64,000 nt of DNA from an uncultured Bdellovibrio sp. (GCA_963932905.1 CAWVRN010000018.1:23628-87627); one strand, 5' to 3'; counted from the stretch's first letter, positions 50,055 through 59,530 are shown. Translations and numbers: made by a program. The notes: generated by a model not told the origin, from the letters alone.

Positions 50055-51640
50055 ATAAAACCAAAATTTTGATTGTAGACGACTATTTAGAAAATATTCG
50101 AGCATTGTCTGAACTAATAACGGTTCCTGAAATCGAAATTTTTTCCGCAACCAACGCCGATCAAGCTTTAGAGCACATTGCAAATCACGAATTTGGATTG
50201 GTACTTCTTGATGTTCAGATGCCTGGGACATCGGGACTTGAGCTTGCGAAAATAATTAGAAGCGTGAAAAAATATGTCAGCCTTCCGATTATTTTTGTAA
50301 CAGCTCATCATCGTGATAGCGATGTCATTTTTCAGAGTTACCAAACCGGTGCAGTCGATTTACTATTTAAACCACTTGATGCCTACATGGTGCGGGCCAA
50401 AGTTCAAATGTTCGTAGAACTTGCGCGACAAAAAGAACTGCTCCAGACTCATGTGGCGGAACTCGAGCGCCTACGTATCGAAGCCGACGCCGCTAATGTA
50501 ATCAAAAGTCAGTTTCTGGCTAACATGTCACACGAGATTCGTACACCACTAGCCGCGGTTCTTGGTTTTTCAGAATTAATCTCTAAAAACACTCCCGACA
50601 ATAAAGAAAATAAAGAGCTCAGTGAGGCTATCGATCGTAATGGTAAATTACTACTACGCCTAATTGATGATATTTTGGATTTGTCACGTATAGAGGCGAA
50701 TCGACTGGAACTTGAAAACATTCGATTTGATTTAGCAGACCTTGTTCGCGACGTTGAATCAGCTCTTTCATTCCGAGCCAGCGAAAAAGGTTTAACATTA
50801 CAATTCAATGCACCAAAGTCTTTCCCTCATCAATACATTTCGGATTCAACACGAATTAAGCAAATCATGCTTAATATTGTTGGAAATGCCATAAAGTTTA
50901 CGTCTCACGGAAGTGTGACCGTCGATATCTCAATCGAGTCAAATTCAGACAATTCTTCTTCAGATATTTTTTTAATTAAAGTTAACGACCAAGGCATTGG
51001 TTTATCCGAGGAACAGCAACAGCGTTTATTCCAACCTTTTGGACAAGCGGATCCATCGACACGTCGTCAATTTGGTGGTTCTGGTTTAGGTTTAGTTATT
51101 TCTCAACAACTCGCTAAAGCCTTGGGCGGTGAAATTAAACTTCTGAGTTCAACTTTAGGAGTTGGTTCCACATTCTTGATTAGTTTACCCCTGATGCGCG
51201 CTCAAAAAGCGACTATTAAAAAAGAAACACCCAAAAAATTGACCGAAGGATTGATACAACTAGAAAATCTGCAGTTAACGAATAAACGTATTCTTGCTGT
51301 CGATGATTCACCCGATAATCTGACATTAATTTCATTTTACTTAAAAAACTCTGGAGCCATCATTCATTTTGCTGAAAATGGAATCGATGCCATTGATGAA
51401 GTTAAGAAAAATGATTTTGATTTGATTCTTATTGACGTGCAAATGCCGGGAATGGATGGTCATGAAGCCACAGACAAAATTCGAAAAATGGGTTTTACAA
51501 AACCAATCTTAGCGCTCACGGCTCATGCGATTCGAACCGAATACGATGAGGAATATGATAAGGTCGGTTACAACAAAGTTCTAACTAAACCTATTTCAAG
51601 AACAACACTGCTTAAAGAACTTTACGGCTATCTTGGTTAG
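50051..51640 (+). CDS. Hybrid histidine kinase REC-HisKA-HATPase-REC
   Basis: ILIVDD, LLDVQMP, FLANMSHEIRTPL, NAIKFT, DQGIG, GGSGLGL, and a second REC with IDVQMP; no TM segment. Confidence 0.95.
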   Translation: MNKTKILIVDDYLENIRALSELITVPEIEIFSATNADQALEHIANHEFGLVLLDVQMPGTSGLELAKIIRSVKKYVSLPIIFVTAHHRDSDVIFQSYQTGAVDLLFKPLDAYMVRAKVQMFVELARQKELLQTHVAELERLRIEADAANVIKSQFLANMSHEIRTPLAAVLGFSELISKNTPDNKENKELSEAIDRNGKLLLRLIDDILDLSRIEANRLELENIRFDLADLVRDVESALSFRASEKGLTLQFNAPKSFPHQYISDSTRIKQIMLNIVGNAIKFTSHGSVTVDISIESNSDNSSSDIFLIKVNDQGIGLSEEQQQRLFQPFGQADPSTRRQFGGSGLGLVISQQLAKALGGEIKLLSSTLGVGSTFLISLPLMRAQKATIKKETPKKLTEGLIQLENLQLTNKRILAVDDSPDNLTLISFYLKNSGAIIHFAENGIDAIDEVKKNDFDLILIDVQMPGMDGHEATDKIRKMGFTKPILALTAHAIRTEYDEEYDKVGYNKVLTKPISRTTLLKELYGYLG

Positions 51641-52794
51641 CGAAAATGGGTGCCGGGCATACTAATACGGTATGTTCCCGTCGTGTTCTTTATGACGTCT
51701 TCTGGTGTGTACCATGCAAAACCGCCATTGCCGAACGTATTGCCCCAACTGTTCATAACTTTAAAACGGACAATTGTGTTGGTGACTTCATCAAATTCGT
51801 AACCCACAACCAACATAGAATGCCCATCGTTATGCCATTTCAAATCTATAATGACTGGCAATTTTTGATCAATATAATCACGAATTGTTGTAATCATACT
51901 TTCACCCACGCCATCATACACTCGGTAGCGACCACCTTGCTGAGTGAATGCTTGTCGAAGCACCATACTATGGTTTTCGGGCACCGCATATTCACCAGAG
52001 TTATGTATGTAGAATGAAACCAATCGTGGAATGCCATATTGACGTTCAAAAGATTCTGGTGTGTAGTTCTGACCTTTAAATACAAAACCTTGAGGCAACG
52101 GTCCGGTGAATTCTAAAATCACTGCCTGTAGTTCCGCGAAAGCTTTTGCCTGTGCCTCTTTCACTTCTTGCGATTCCCAAGATCCGGTTTTCTCTGCCAG
52201 TTTAGTCAGTATCTGGTGTTGCTCCGGAACTTTGTGTCTAAGAGCTCGATAAATCTTGTTCGTGTCCCAGTGCTCAAATGGAACTTTTGGTGTCCATGCT
52301 TCTTTTGGAACTAAACCCACTTTACGAGTTAAATGAAATGCTTCGTATGGAAATCCGCCTTCAAGATCATGAATCAATTCTGGACTATCAGGTCCCAATC
52401 GAAGAGTTTCTTTGATGTGTTCTAGAAACTTGTGTGCGACTAAAAATGGTTCCGATACTACGGGTGCTTTCCCGCCCACTTGATTTTTATTAAACACGTT
52501 AATGAAGTTAATGACTGAGAAAAGATAACATTCCGTTGTCTGACACTGATTGCTGACCTCTGGTTCTTTTAATTCAACGACTTTTCCCTTAGGGACATAT
52601 TTAGGCTCAAAACCATCACCGATTGCTTCGGGTTGATGTAGATACCAAACACGACGACCATTCGGTAGAACCTTACTGGGTTGGTAGACACTGATACAAG
52701 ACGAGCGGCTATCTATGATATTTGCACTGACTTCAGAAAACGGCGCTGACAGAAACACAACTGCCACCACACCGAAGTTCAATAGAAATTTCAT
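51637..52794 (-). CDS. Secreted C1 (papain / aminopeptidase C-like) cysteine peptidase
   Basis: NQCQTTECYLFS (oxyanion Gln, catalytic Cys), GHSM and NSWG; signal peptide. Confidence 0.85.
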   Translation of the reverse strand: MKFLLNFGVVAVVFLSAPFSEVSANIIDSRSSCISVYQPSKVLPNGRRVWYLHQPEAIGDGFEPKYVPKGKVVELKEPEVSNQCQTTECYLFSVINFINVFNKNQVGGKAPVVSEPFLVAHKFLEHIKETLRLGPDSPELIHDLEGGFPYEAFHLTRKVGLVPKEAWTPKVPFEHWDTNKIYRALRHKVPEQHQILTKLAEKTGSWESQEVKEAQAKAFAELQAVILEFTGPLPQGFVFKGQNYTPESFERQYGIPRLVSFYIHNSGEYAVPENHSMVLRQAFTQQGGRYRVYDGVGESMITTIRDYIDQKLPVIIDLKWHNDGHSMLVVGYEFDEVTNTIVRFKVMNSWGNTFGNGGFAWYTPEDVIKNTTGTYRISMPGTHFR

Positions 52795-52860
52795 GTCACC
52801 TCCGAGAACCCCAGCGCGGCAGTATACATGACTTACTCTAATTTTTAAAATGTAAAAGGA

Positions 52861-52877
52861 TGTCTATAGTTTTGACA
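52861..52877. promoter_or_regulatory. TGTC-N9-GACA palindromic site
   Basis: TGTCTATAGTTTTGACA upstream of the C1 peptidase gene. Confidence 0.5.
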
Positions 52878-52878
52878 G

Positions 52879-53085
52879 TTAAAATGACAAAAACAATTTA
52901 AAAAAACCGCCAACTATCATAATTGGCCCACCTATTTTGAAAATCGGACCCACGTTTACAAGCCAAGTTGCTTGGCGCTGTGAATTTCGACTGACAGGCA
53001 ATTTACCTGTACCTTGAAAATAAACAGAAAGACCTCCAATGATCATTAAAACGCCACTTAAAATACCCGATATTGCTTGATCCAT
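52879..53085 (-). CDS. Small 2-TM membrane protein
   Basis: ATG 53085 preceded by GGGGAGG; two hydrophobic segments. Confidence 0.5.
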   Translation of the reverse strand: MDQAISGILSGVLMIIGGLSVYFQGTGKLPVSRNSQRQATWLVNVGPIFKIGGPIMIVGGFFKLFLSF

Positions 53086-53259
53086 CAGTTCCCTCCCCAA
53101 GCCAGTCATAGTATTAAATCCAAGCATTGCCAATGTTTCTTCGTTGGTTGACTGGCTCGTCATGATAGATTTTTCGAACCATAAATTCATATGTTGTCTC
53201 AGTACCATTTTTAGAAAATATCTTACTAGACTAAATATCGAGTTCCGTTTCTCACGGTT

Positions 53260-53706
53260 CTACCCTCGGGGTTTACTTTGCGCCTTCTTTTTTCCTCTTG
53301 CAGATTTGAATTGCACTTTGGCCGCCACCTTTACAAGACGTTGAAACTTGGGACAATCCAGTTGATTTGGCATCGGACAGTGGGCGACATGTTTTAGGCC
53401 GTCTCTCATAGCTGAAAGTCGTTTTATGGATACCGCTATCTCGCGGGCTTTAATAAGGAGTTTTTCACGATTGATTGTTACCCTACCGTTTGCAGGAAAC
53501 ATTGTGGCCGTCTCAGCAAGAGAAAAGCCCGCATATCTCGCAAGAGCAATAAGAGATAACTGATAAAGTACGTTTTCTCGAAAAAGCCTATTTAAACCAC
53601 GCCGTCCGACAGAAGCAATAAGGCCCTTTTCTTCATAGTATCTAAGGGCCGACACACGAACCCCTGATCTTTTCGCAACTTCGCCAATATCCAATATATC
53701 TCGCAC
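53260..53706 (-). CDS. MerR family transcriptional regulator
   Basis: LDIGEVAKRSGV..SALRYYEEKGLI, GFSL.E, and C-terminal HCPMPNQLDCPKF. Confidence 0.93.
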   Translation of the reverse strand: MRDILDIGEVAKRSGVRVSALRYYEEKGLIASVGRRGLNRLFRENVLYQLSLIALARYAGFSLAETATMFPANGRVTINREKLLIKAREIAVSIKRLSAMRDGLKHVAHCPMPNQLDCPKFQRLVKVAAKVQFKSARGKKKAQSKPRG

Positions 53707-53718
53707 AAAAAACTCCTC

Positions 53719-53749
53719 TTGACCTCAAGTAGACTTGAGGTTGGATCAT
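53719..53749 (+). promoter_or_regulatory. MerR-type promoter/operator for the MFS gene
   Basis: -35 TTGACC, 19-bp spacer, -10 GATCAT; dyad ACCTCAAGT-AG-ACTTGAGGT (53722-53741). Confidence 0.85.
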
Positions 53750-53756
53750 AGATTAA

Positions 53757-54989
53757 ATGGGATTTCGAGGCAATTCTTTAGCAATGTTTAGCCTTTGCCT
53801 AGCGATGTTTTTGTCGTCGCTTGGAACGAGCATGGCGAATGTCGCGCTTCCGACTTTGTCGGCGGCGTTTGGAGTTACGCTGCAGCAAAGTCAGCTAGTC
53901 ATTACAACATATTTACTATCATTAACGATTCTGGTTGTGCCCGCCGGTAGAATTGGTGATTCAGTTAACCGGCGCCTGCTTATCTTGGTCGGCGTCTGCG
54001 TTTTCTTAGCCGCATCGTTGGGGTGTGCATGGGCGCCAAGTTTTTGGGTTTTGATTGTTGGGCGAGGATTTCAAGGACTGGGGGCTTCGATTGTAATGTC
54101 TCAGTCAATGGCTTTAGTTGGAAAAATTACCCATGATAGCCATTTGGGCCGTGCCATGGGTCTTTTGGGAACCACCTCTGCAATCGGAACGGCGTTGGGC
54201 CCTTCGCTGGGCGGACTCTTTATTGATACTTTAGGTTGGTCTTCCATCTTTATCTTCAAAGCCACGCTGGCTGCCATTACCTTTTGGACCCTTTATAAAT
54301 CGCTATCCAAAGATCGTTTAGAAAAAAAACTCTCCGGCAAAACAACAGTGCAGATTAGCGAGCCATCAAGGAATCAAGAAATAGGTTTGCTTGGCAGAGG
54401 TCTTTTCGGAAGCCTCTTTTTAAACGTGCTTGTGTCCAGCGTTGCCATGGTCTCGCTTGTTGTCGGCCCTTTTTACCTAGCCATCGATCTTGGCTTATCC
54501 TCCTACCAAACAGGCCTTACCATGTCTGTTGGTCCAACGCTGTCTGCGATTCTTGGGGTCATTGCAGGGCGTTTGATTGATCGCTTAGGCTGTCGGAGGA
54601 TCATTCAGATGGCCTTAATAGTTCTTTTACTTGGTTGTATTTTCCTCGCGCTTCTTTCAAATGCTTGGGGTGTAACGGGTTACTTGGCAGGAATTCTGTT
54701 GATCACGACTGGCTATGCGAGTTTCACGTCAGCGAATAATACTTCAATAATGAAGAAATCCGCAGAAGGCCGCAGAGGAACTATTTCTGGCCTGCTTAAT
54801 TTATCAAGAAATGTCGGACTTCTTATAGGGGCGTCGGTTATGGGGGCAATTTTTTCTCGTGTCTCCGGAATCGGCGAAATTGCATCGGCGGCTACGTCTA
54901 GCGCGATCTTGGGATTGCATGCAACCTATACCTGCGCAGCATTTCTTATTATTGTATCGCTTGCGATTCATTTTAAGTCCGATTCTTAA
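53757..54989 (+). CDS. MFS efflux transporter
   Basis: About 12 TM segments; ANVALPTL, GRIGD..NRR, GRGFQGLG, GPSLGG and GRLIDRLG. Confidence 0.92.
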   Translation: MGFRGNSLAMFSLCLAMFLSSLGTSMANVALPTLSAAFGVTLQQSQLVITTYLLSLTILVVPAGRIGDSVNRRLLILVGVCVFLAASLGCAWAPSFWVLIVGRGFQGLGASIVMSQSMALVGKITHDSHLGRAMGLLGTTSAIGTALGPSLGGLFIDTLGWSSIFIFKATLAAITFWTLYKSLSKDRLEKKLSGKTTVQISEPSRNQEIGLLGRGLFGSLFLNVLVSSVAMVSLVVGPFYLAIDLGLSSYQTGLTMSVGPTLSAILGVIAGRLIDRLGCRRIIQMALIVLLLGCIFLALLSNAWGVTGYLAGILLITTGYASFTSANNTSIMKKSAEGRRGTISGLLNLSRNVGLLIGASVMGAIFSRVSGIGEIASAATSSAILGLHATYTCAAFLIIVSLAIHFKSDS

Positions 54990-55032
54990 TGAGACAAACA
55001 GGACCGCCCTCCTAAATTACTGAAAAAATATC

Positions 55033-55063
55033 TTGAGCTCAAGTCAACTTGAAGTTGCATACT
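55033..55063 (+). promoter_or_regulatory. Second MerR-type promoter/operator
   Basis: -35 TTGAGC, 19-bp spacer containing TCAAGT-CA-ACTTGA, -10 CATACT. Confidence 0.85.
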
Positions 55064-55089
55064 AAAAAAAAGAAGAAACAGGAGAAAGC

Positions 55090-55683
55090 ATGAATAACAA
55101 TTCTTTAGATAAGTTTATTTTAGAAGTTAAGAAAGTTTGGGGACCATTGAGTACAGATGTCGTTCAAAACTCAAAACATCTATTTGGCGAGCTCGTTAAG
55201 GCTCCTTCGTCAGAACCCTGGCTTGCGGATCTTATAAACAATCCTCCCGAAGCTAAAGAGCTTTATCGAGATTCTGAACGTGGATTTCTGCTAATAGCCT
55301 ATTCCGAAAAAAAAGATACCTATCGCATTCCACATGATCACGGAAGCGGCTGGGTTATCTACGGCATTCAAAACGGTGAAATGGAGATGGGGACCTATAT
55401 TCGAAATGTGGATCAAAAAGGGAAACTTCAACTCGTCAATCGCGAGACGTATCCTATGCGAGCAGGAGATAATAAAGTGTATCTTCCTGGAGATATCCAT
55501 CACACGAGATGTCTTTCAGAATCGGTATTGGTTCTGAGATTTACGAGCTGTGATTTTAAAAAGGAAGACGAAGAAGGACGGATGATTCGCTATCAAGACT
55601 ATGAACAAAATCCTGCCTGTTCGATGCTCGGTTGTTCCCTGGCGAGACCATGTTCGTTTTGCCAAGAAAGAGGTAACCGATGA
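55090..55683 (+). CDS. Cupin / cysteine dioxygenase-like protein
   Basis: LYRD...GF.L, PHDHG.GW.IY, GEMEM and PGDIH. Confidence 0.7.
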   Translation: MNNNSLDKFILEVKKVWGPLSTDVVQNSKHLFGELVKAPSSEPWLADLINNPPEAKELYRDSERGFLLIAYSEKKDTYRIPHDHGSGWVIYGIQNGEMEMGTYIRNVDQKGKLQLVNRETYPMRAGDNKVYLPGDIHHTRCLSESVLVLRFTSCDFKKEDEEGRMIRYQDYEQNPACSMLGCSLARPCSFCQERGNR

Positions 55684-56129
55684 TTATGTCATTCCTTGTT
55701 GTGTTTTTTTGTTTTCATTCCATCGCTGAAATGCCGCCCGACTCTAGACATCCCGTCAAACTGTCACAGGAACAGGCGGCTCACCAGCTGGCTAAGATGA
55801 GAACCTATTTAGAAATTATGGCCGACATTTCAGACGCGTTAAAAGATAAAAATTTTTCGACAATAGAAAGCCGATCTGAAAAGCTTGTCACCTTGACCCA
55901 GCCGAGAAGCTCTTGCGGTAAAGAAACGGAACAAGTAAAGGCTTTTATGCAAATGGGCGCAAGTTTAAACCAAAACGCCAGGGAGCTTTTGAACAGTGCG
56001 CGAACGAAACACTTTGAAAATGTACTGGTTAGCTACAGTACTACTCTTCGAACCTGTGTTGCGTGCCACTCTTCATATAGGCAAGACATCGGCGGAGGGA
56101 AATTGAGTTGGCCAACTAAAAAAAAATGA
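55680..56129 (+). CDS. Cytochrome c'-like (class II) periplasmic protein
   Basis: Signal peptide, helical body, C-terminal CVACH.SYR; ATGA overlap with the cupin gene. Confidence 0.75.
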   Translation: MIMSFLVVFFCFHSIAEMPPDSRHPVKLSQEQAAHQLAKMRTYLEIMADISDALKDKNFSTIESRSEKLVTLTQPRSSCGKETEQVKAFMQMGASLNQNARELLNSARTKHFENVLVSYSTTLRTCVACHSSYRQDIGGGKLSWPTKKK

Positions 56130-56236
56130 GTCATTTTTGGCCGATCAAAACATCCATTCCACTAGGCAGTTTATTGGTAACAACCTTAAAACCAAGTTCT
56201 GACGTTTGTTTTTCAATCCAAAGTGGGATAATTTAC

Positions 56237-57271
56237 CTAGAATCCCAACTTCAAGCCTAGGCCCAATCCGTAACTATAGGACAGCTCCTGTGTCGTCTTC
56301 GAAGTCGTTGTCGATGAGGATTGTGTTTCTGTTGTCACTACGGAAGCTCCCAAATGCATCGACAAGTCTTTCGAAATTGTGTGTCCCACAACTGCCGATA
56401 TAGTTGACGTCCCGTAATCCGTGTTTTCGAACTTCATTGTTTGCGGCGTTATTGTATCTGTTGATGCTGCGGTTCTTTGATACGCGCCTCCAAGCAATAA
56501 CGATGTCTTTTCTGATAGAAATAGGTTTACTCCCAGTGTGCCAGTTAATTTGTTTCCCCCGGTGGATTCTATTGTCGATGTTCCAGATTTTCCCGTTCGG
56601 GTTGATAGCGTTTCGGCTCCTAGGCCAAATGTATACTCGCACTTGCCGGCGGCTCTGTATATGTGAAATCCAAATCGTGCAACTGATCCACCCCTTAAGC
56701 TGTTTGTGTCGCTGGTGTCACCCGTCTTTGGTGAGAAACCTAAGTCTAAAACCACTAGCAAATTGTCTGTGCGCTTAAGTACATAGTCTAAATATATTGA
56801 CGGCTCCTCCATCCCGCTTCTGTTGGATGTGAAATCCGCGTAGCCACTGTTTTTTGCGCTTGCGGTGTAGTTGTATTCAATTTTTTTACCTAGAGCATCG
56901 TTTAGGCTAAAACCTATATTTACATTTTCATCTATAGCGTATTTATAAGACAAATTCAGATACGAGCCTACCGCCGTCACACTGGCCAGCTTTGATGTTG
57001 TCTGCGTGGAAAACGAATACGTCTTTACCACGGCATCCGTTAGAGACGCCGTGACATAGGTAAACGTCAAAATGCCGTCGCCTTCTTTGGGGCGATAGGC
57101 TTCGCTCAATATAGAATCAAATCGATTTTTAGGTTCAGATTCAGTTTGATTGGAATCACCAGACGGCGGAGCCATATTTTGAGCGAAGGACTCAGAAAAT
57201 CCCGATACACAGAGTAGAGCGACTAACTTCACAGTAAACGAATGCAAATTTTTAATGGTTTCTTTAAACAT
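56237..57271 (-). CDS. Outer-membrane beta-barrel protein
   Basis: Signal peptide, alternating amphipathic strands, C-terminal GLGLKLGF. Confidence 0.75.
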   Translation of the reverse strand: MFKETIKNLHSFTVKLVALLCVSGFSESFAQNMAPPSGDSNQTESEPKNRFDSILSEAYRPKEGDGILTFTYVTASLTDAVVKTYSFSTQTTSKLASVTAVGSYLNLSYKYAIDENVNIGFSLNDALGKKIEYNYTASAKNSGYADFTSNRSGMEEPSIYLDYVLKRTDNLLVVLDLGFSPKTGDTSDTNSLRGGSVARFGFHIYRAAGKCEYTFGLGAETLSTRTGKSGTSTIESTGGNKLTGTLGVNLFLSEKTSLLLGGAYQRTAASTDTITPQTMKFENTDYGTSTISAVVGHTISKDLSMHLGASVVTTETQSSSTTTSKTTQELSYSYGLGLGLKLGF

Positions 57272-57298
57272 TTCATCCCCTTTTTGATAGCTGACAGA

Positions 57299-57325
57299 TT
57301 ATCGGAAATAAACTAATTAAGTTTA
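57299..57325 (-). promoter_or_regulatory. Sigma28 (FliA)-type promoter for the beta-barrel gene
   Basis: Minus strand TAAA-N15-TCCGATAA versus consensus TAAA-N15-GCCGATAA. Confidence 0.7.
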
Positions 57326-57540
57326 ATGCTTTTATACCGATTCTAGCAGTCACTCTAACGATCTGTATTAAAATAAGACAGCTGTTGAAACATTTAAAAA
57401 GCTTAGAATGTTAAGCTTGGGAACCTTTCCTTCAAACCCAGCACCAGGACAAATTGGAGCCGGAGCAACAAAGTTTGGACAGTCTGTTCCCATGTGCCAA
57501 CCTTAAAATCTAACCAAAACCATCCTAATTACTTACATTT

Positions 57541-57557
57541 TTGGCATATTTAAAGCA
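57541..57557 (+). promoter_or_regulatory. Sigma54-type promoter
   Basis: TTGGCATATTTAAAGCA (GG-N10-GC); predicted start site lies almost at ATG 57570. Confidence 0.45.
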
Positions 57558-57569
57558 TAACCACGATTT

Positions 57570-58463
57570 ATGCGATTGATTTCAATTCTGTTTTTTTTAC
57601 TCTCGTTCAACCTGACCTACGCCCAAAATCATATACCAGAAAAAATTCGCCTATTAACTCAATATCAAAGTCCTTATGATGGGCCTAATTGCTTTAACGC
57701 CTCCCTTGTCGCTAAAGGCTATATGAACACTATTCAGTATGTCGACGGGATGGAATTCCTTTTCTATTTAGATAAATTTTGCCAGCAACAAAAACAAAAT
57801 CTGCTATCTCGCGGAAATGTGTTGGTTTATTTTGGTAAAGAATCTTATTTTGAGGACGAACCCAGCAACGGGCTTCAAATTTTGCATAGTTCAATAAGCT
57901 TAGGTGAGGCGCAGATATTTGAGAAAACCTCTATTGACGGCGTCCATAGCCAAAAGCTTGATCAAGCTGATCGCCCTGGTCGATACGAAGTAAAAAAAAT
58001 AAACGATTCTCCTTTCTCTGGTGATTCTGGCCAAAACAACGGTGTCAAAATTAGACTTTCTTATGCCTGCATTTCTAGTCACATCGTTCGTACCCAAATA
58101 GAGAAACTCAACTCAAAATCGGCTATTAATCGACTTATTTTATTTCGCTCTAAGTTCAACCAGGCTATTTTAGCACCGCACGGACCAGACAAAGAAGCTA
58201 CCAAGAAAGAACTTGATGATTTTATTAAAATAGTTGAATCGGTAAAGGGAACCAGTGAAGCTGATTTATACTTGGCCGCTATATCCAAGTCAGTATTAGG
58301 CACCGTCAATTCTTTCATGGACGAAAAAGAGACTAACTATGATCAGAACTTACATGAGAGTCTCATTTTTCTGCAAGAGGCTACTTTTGATTTGCTGTCT
58401 CGCCTTCGCAAACACGCAAAAAATCCGCGTATAGTTAAGCTTCTGAATCAAGCCGATATCTAG
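57570..58463 (+). CDS. Secreted hypothetical protein, possible papain/NlpC-P60-like Cys-His enzyme
   Basis: Signal peptide; DGPNCFNA, GNVLVY and LHSSI...IFEK. Confidence 0.6.
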   Translation: MRLISILFFLLSFNLTYAQNHIPEKIRLLTQYQSPYDGPNCFNASLVAKGYMNTIQYVDGMEFLFYLDKFCQQQKQNLLSRGNVLVYFGKESYFEDEPSNGLQILHSSISLGEAQIFEKTSIDGVHSQKLDQADRPGRYEVKKINDSPFSGDSGQNNGVKIRLSYACISSHIVRTQIEKLNSKSAINRLILFRSKFNQAILAPHGPDKEATKKELDDFIKIVESVKGTSEADLYLAAISKSVLGTVNSFMDEKETNYDQNLHESLIFLQEATFDLLSRLRKHAKNPRIVKLLNQADI

Positions 58464-58636
58464 AATTACACTATTCTAGTCGGACATCGTTTTTAATCCG
58501 TAAACATAGACTTTCAACCGTCTAACTTCTGGACACTATTTTAGATTTTTCACCAAAGCGAAATCAGTCTTTCTAATTTTTTTTTCTTTGCTATTTTTCA
58601 GAGGAAACTTTGCATACAAAGAAGGATTGTCTATAT

Positions 58637-59530
58637 ATGAATTCGGTATTTTACTTGGTGACACTTTTATGTGTTTTATCTACAAGTGTCTATTCACAGG
58701 AATGCGATGTTAGAGATGCTGAATTTTCTCAGGCCGGTTATTTTTTGGGAAACTATCAGCAAAGGCTTTTACTTAAGGAATCAGTTTTACCAAGAAACAC
58801 GGTTAAAACTAAGGCAGACAAAGTTCAATCCGTTCAGAAGAGTATTGAAGCGACTTGGGGCGGAAAAAAGGTTCCCGAATTAACTTCGATCGAGTTAGCT
58901 GAACTCGTAGTGGACGTCGCCTCCAGTGTCGGAATTGATTTTCAGATTCTAGCCTCAATTTTAAAAAAGGAATCTCTTTACTGCATAAATCGTTTTAATA
59001 GACGCGGCGGTGATTCGGGTTGTATGCAATTCACGACACCAGCGATAACTGAAATGAAACACCAATTGGGCTTTTCCGGAGAAGGCAAGTACACTCCTGG
59101 AACCCCGGAACTATTGGCTCAACTCGCTTCACGCTTTTTTAAAGACGACTCTCAAGTCAAAACCGGGGCTTATTTGAAATGGTTATCCAAAAGTATCTCT
59201 GATATTAAAACCGACCTACGACGAGGATCAAATTTTCAATACGATATTCTAACGGGCGCGATTTACCTAAAATTATATTTATCTGTTTCAAATGGAAACT
59301 ATGTCGTAGCAGTTCGTAATTACAATGGATCGAAACGCAAGTTCGCTTACCAGTCTAGTGTCATGGTCAATGCAACCAAGATTTCACAGTCCGAAGATCA
59401 AAACTTCAATTGGAATTGTTACGATAACGAAAAATTTTCCGAAGATGTTCACAAGCTTGCATGCCAATTTGAAGAGGACTACGAAAGTTGTTTTACTTCG
59501 TACTTTAGAAGTCTCCCTGGATATCTATAG
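58637..59530 (+). CDS. Secreted lytic transglycosylase (SLT domain)
   Basis: ILKKES (catalytic Glu), GCMQFT, ILTGAIYL and NYNG; signal peptide from ATG 58637. Confidence 0.85.
   Translation: MNSVFYLVTLLCVLSTSVYSQECDVRDAEFSQAGYFLGNYQQRLLLKESVLPRNTVKTKADKVQSVQKSIEATWGGKKVPELTSIELAELVVDVASSVGIDFQILASILKKESLYCINRFNRRGGDSGCMQFTTPAITEMKHQLGFSGEGKYTPGTPELLAQLASRFFKDDSQVKTGAYLKWLSKSISDIKTDLRRGSNFQYDILTGAIYLKLYLSVSNGNYVVAVRNYNGSKRKFAYQSSVMVNATKISQSEDQNFNWNCYDNEKFSEDVHKLACQFEEDYESCFTSYFRSLPGYL

Noticed and set aside
53260..53706. Calling the regulator SoxR because of the operator sequence
   Set aside because: It lacks the four-cysteine CIGCGCLS...C cluster motif.
58598..58615. Sigma54-like site before the SLT gene (CAGAGGAAACTTTGCA)
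   Set aside because: Has AG rather than GG at the -24 position.
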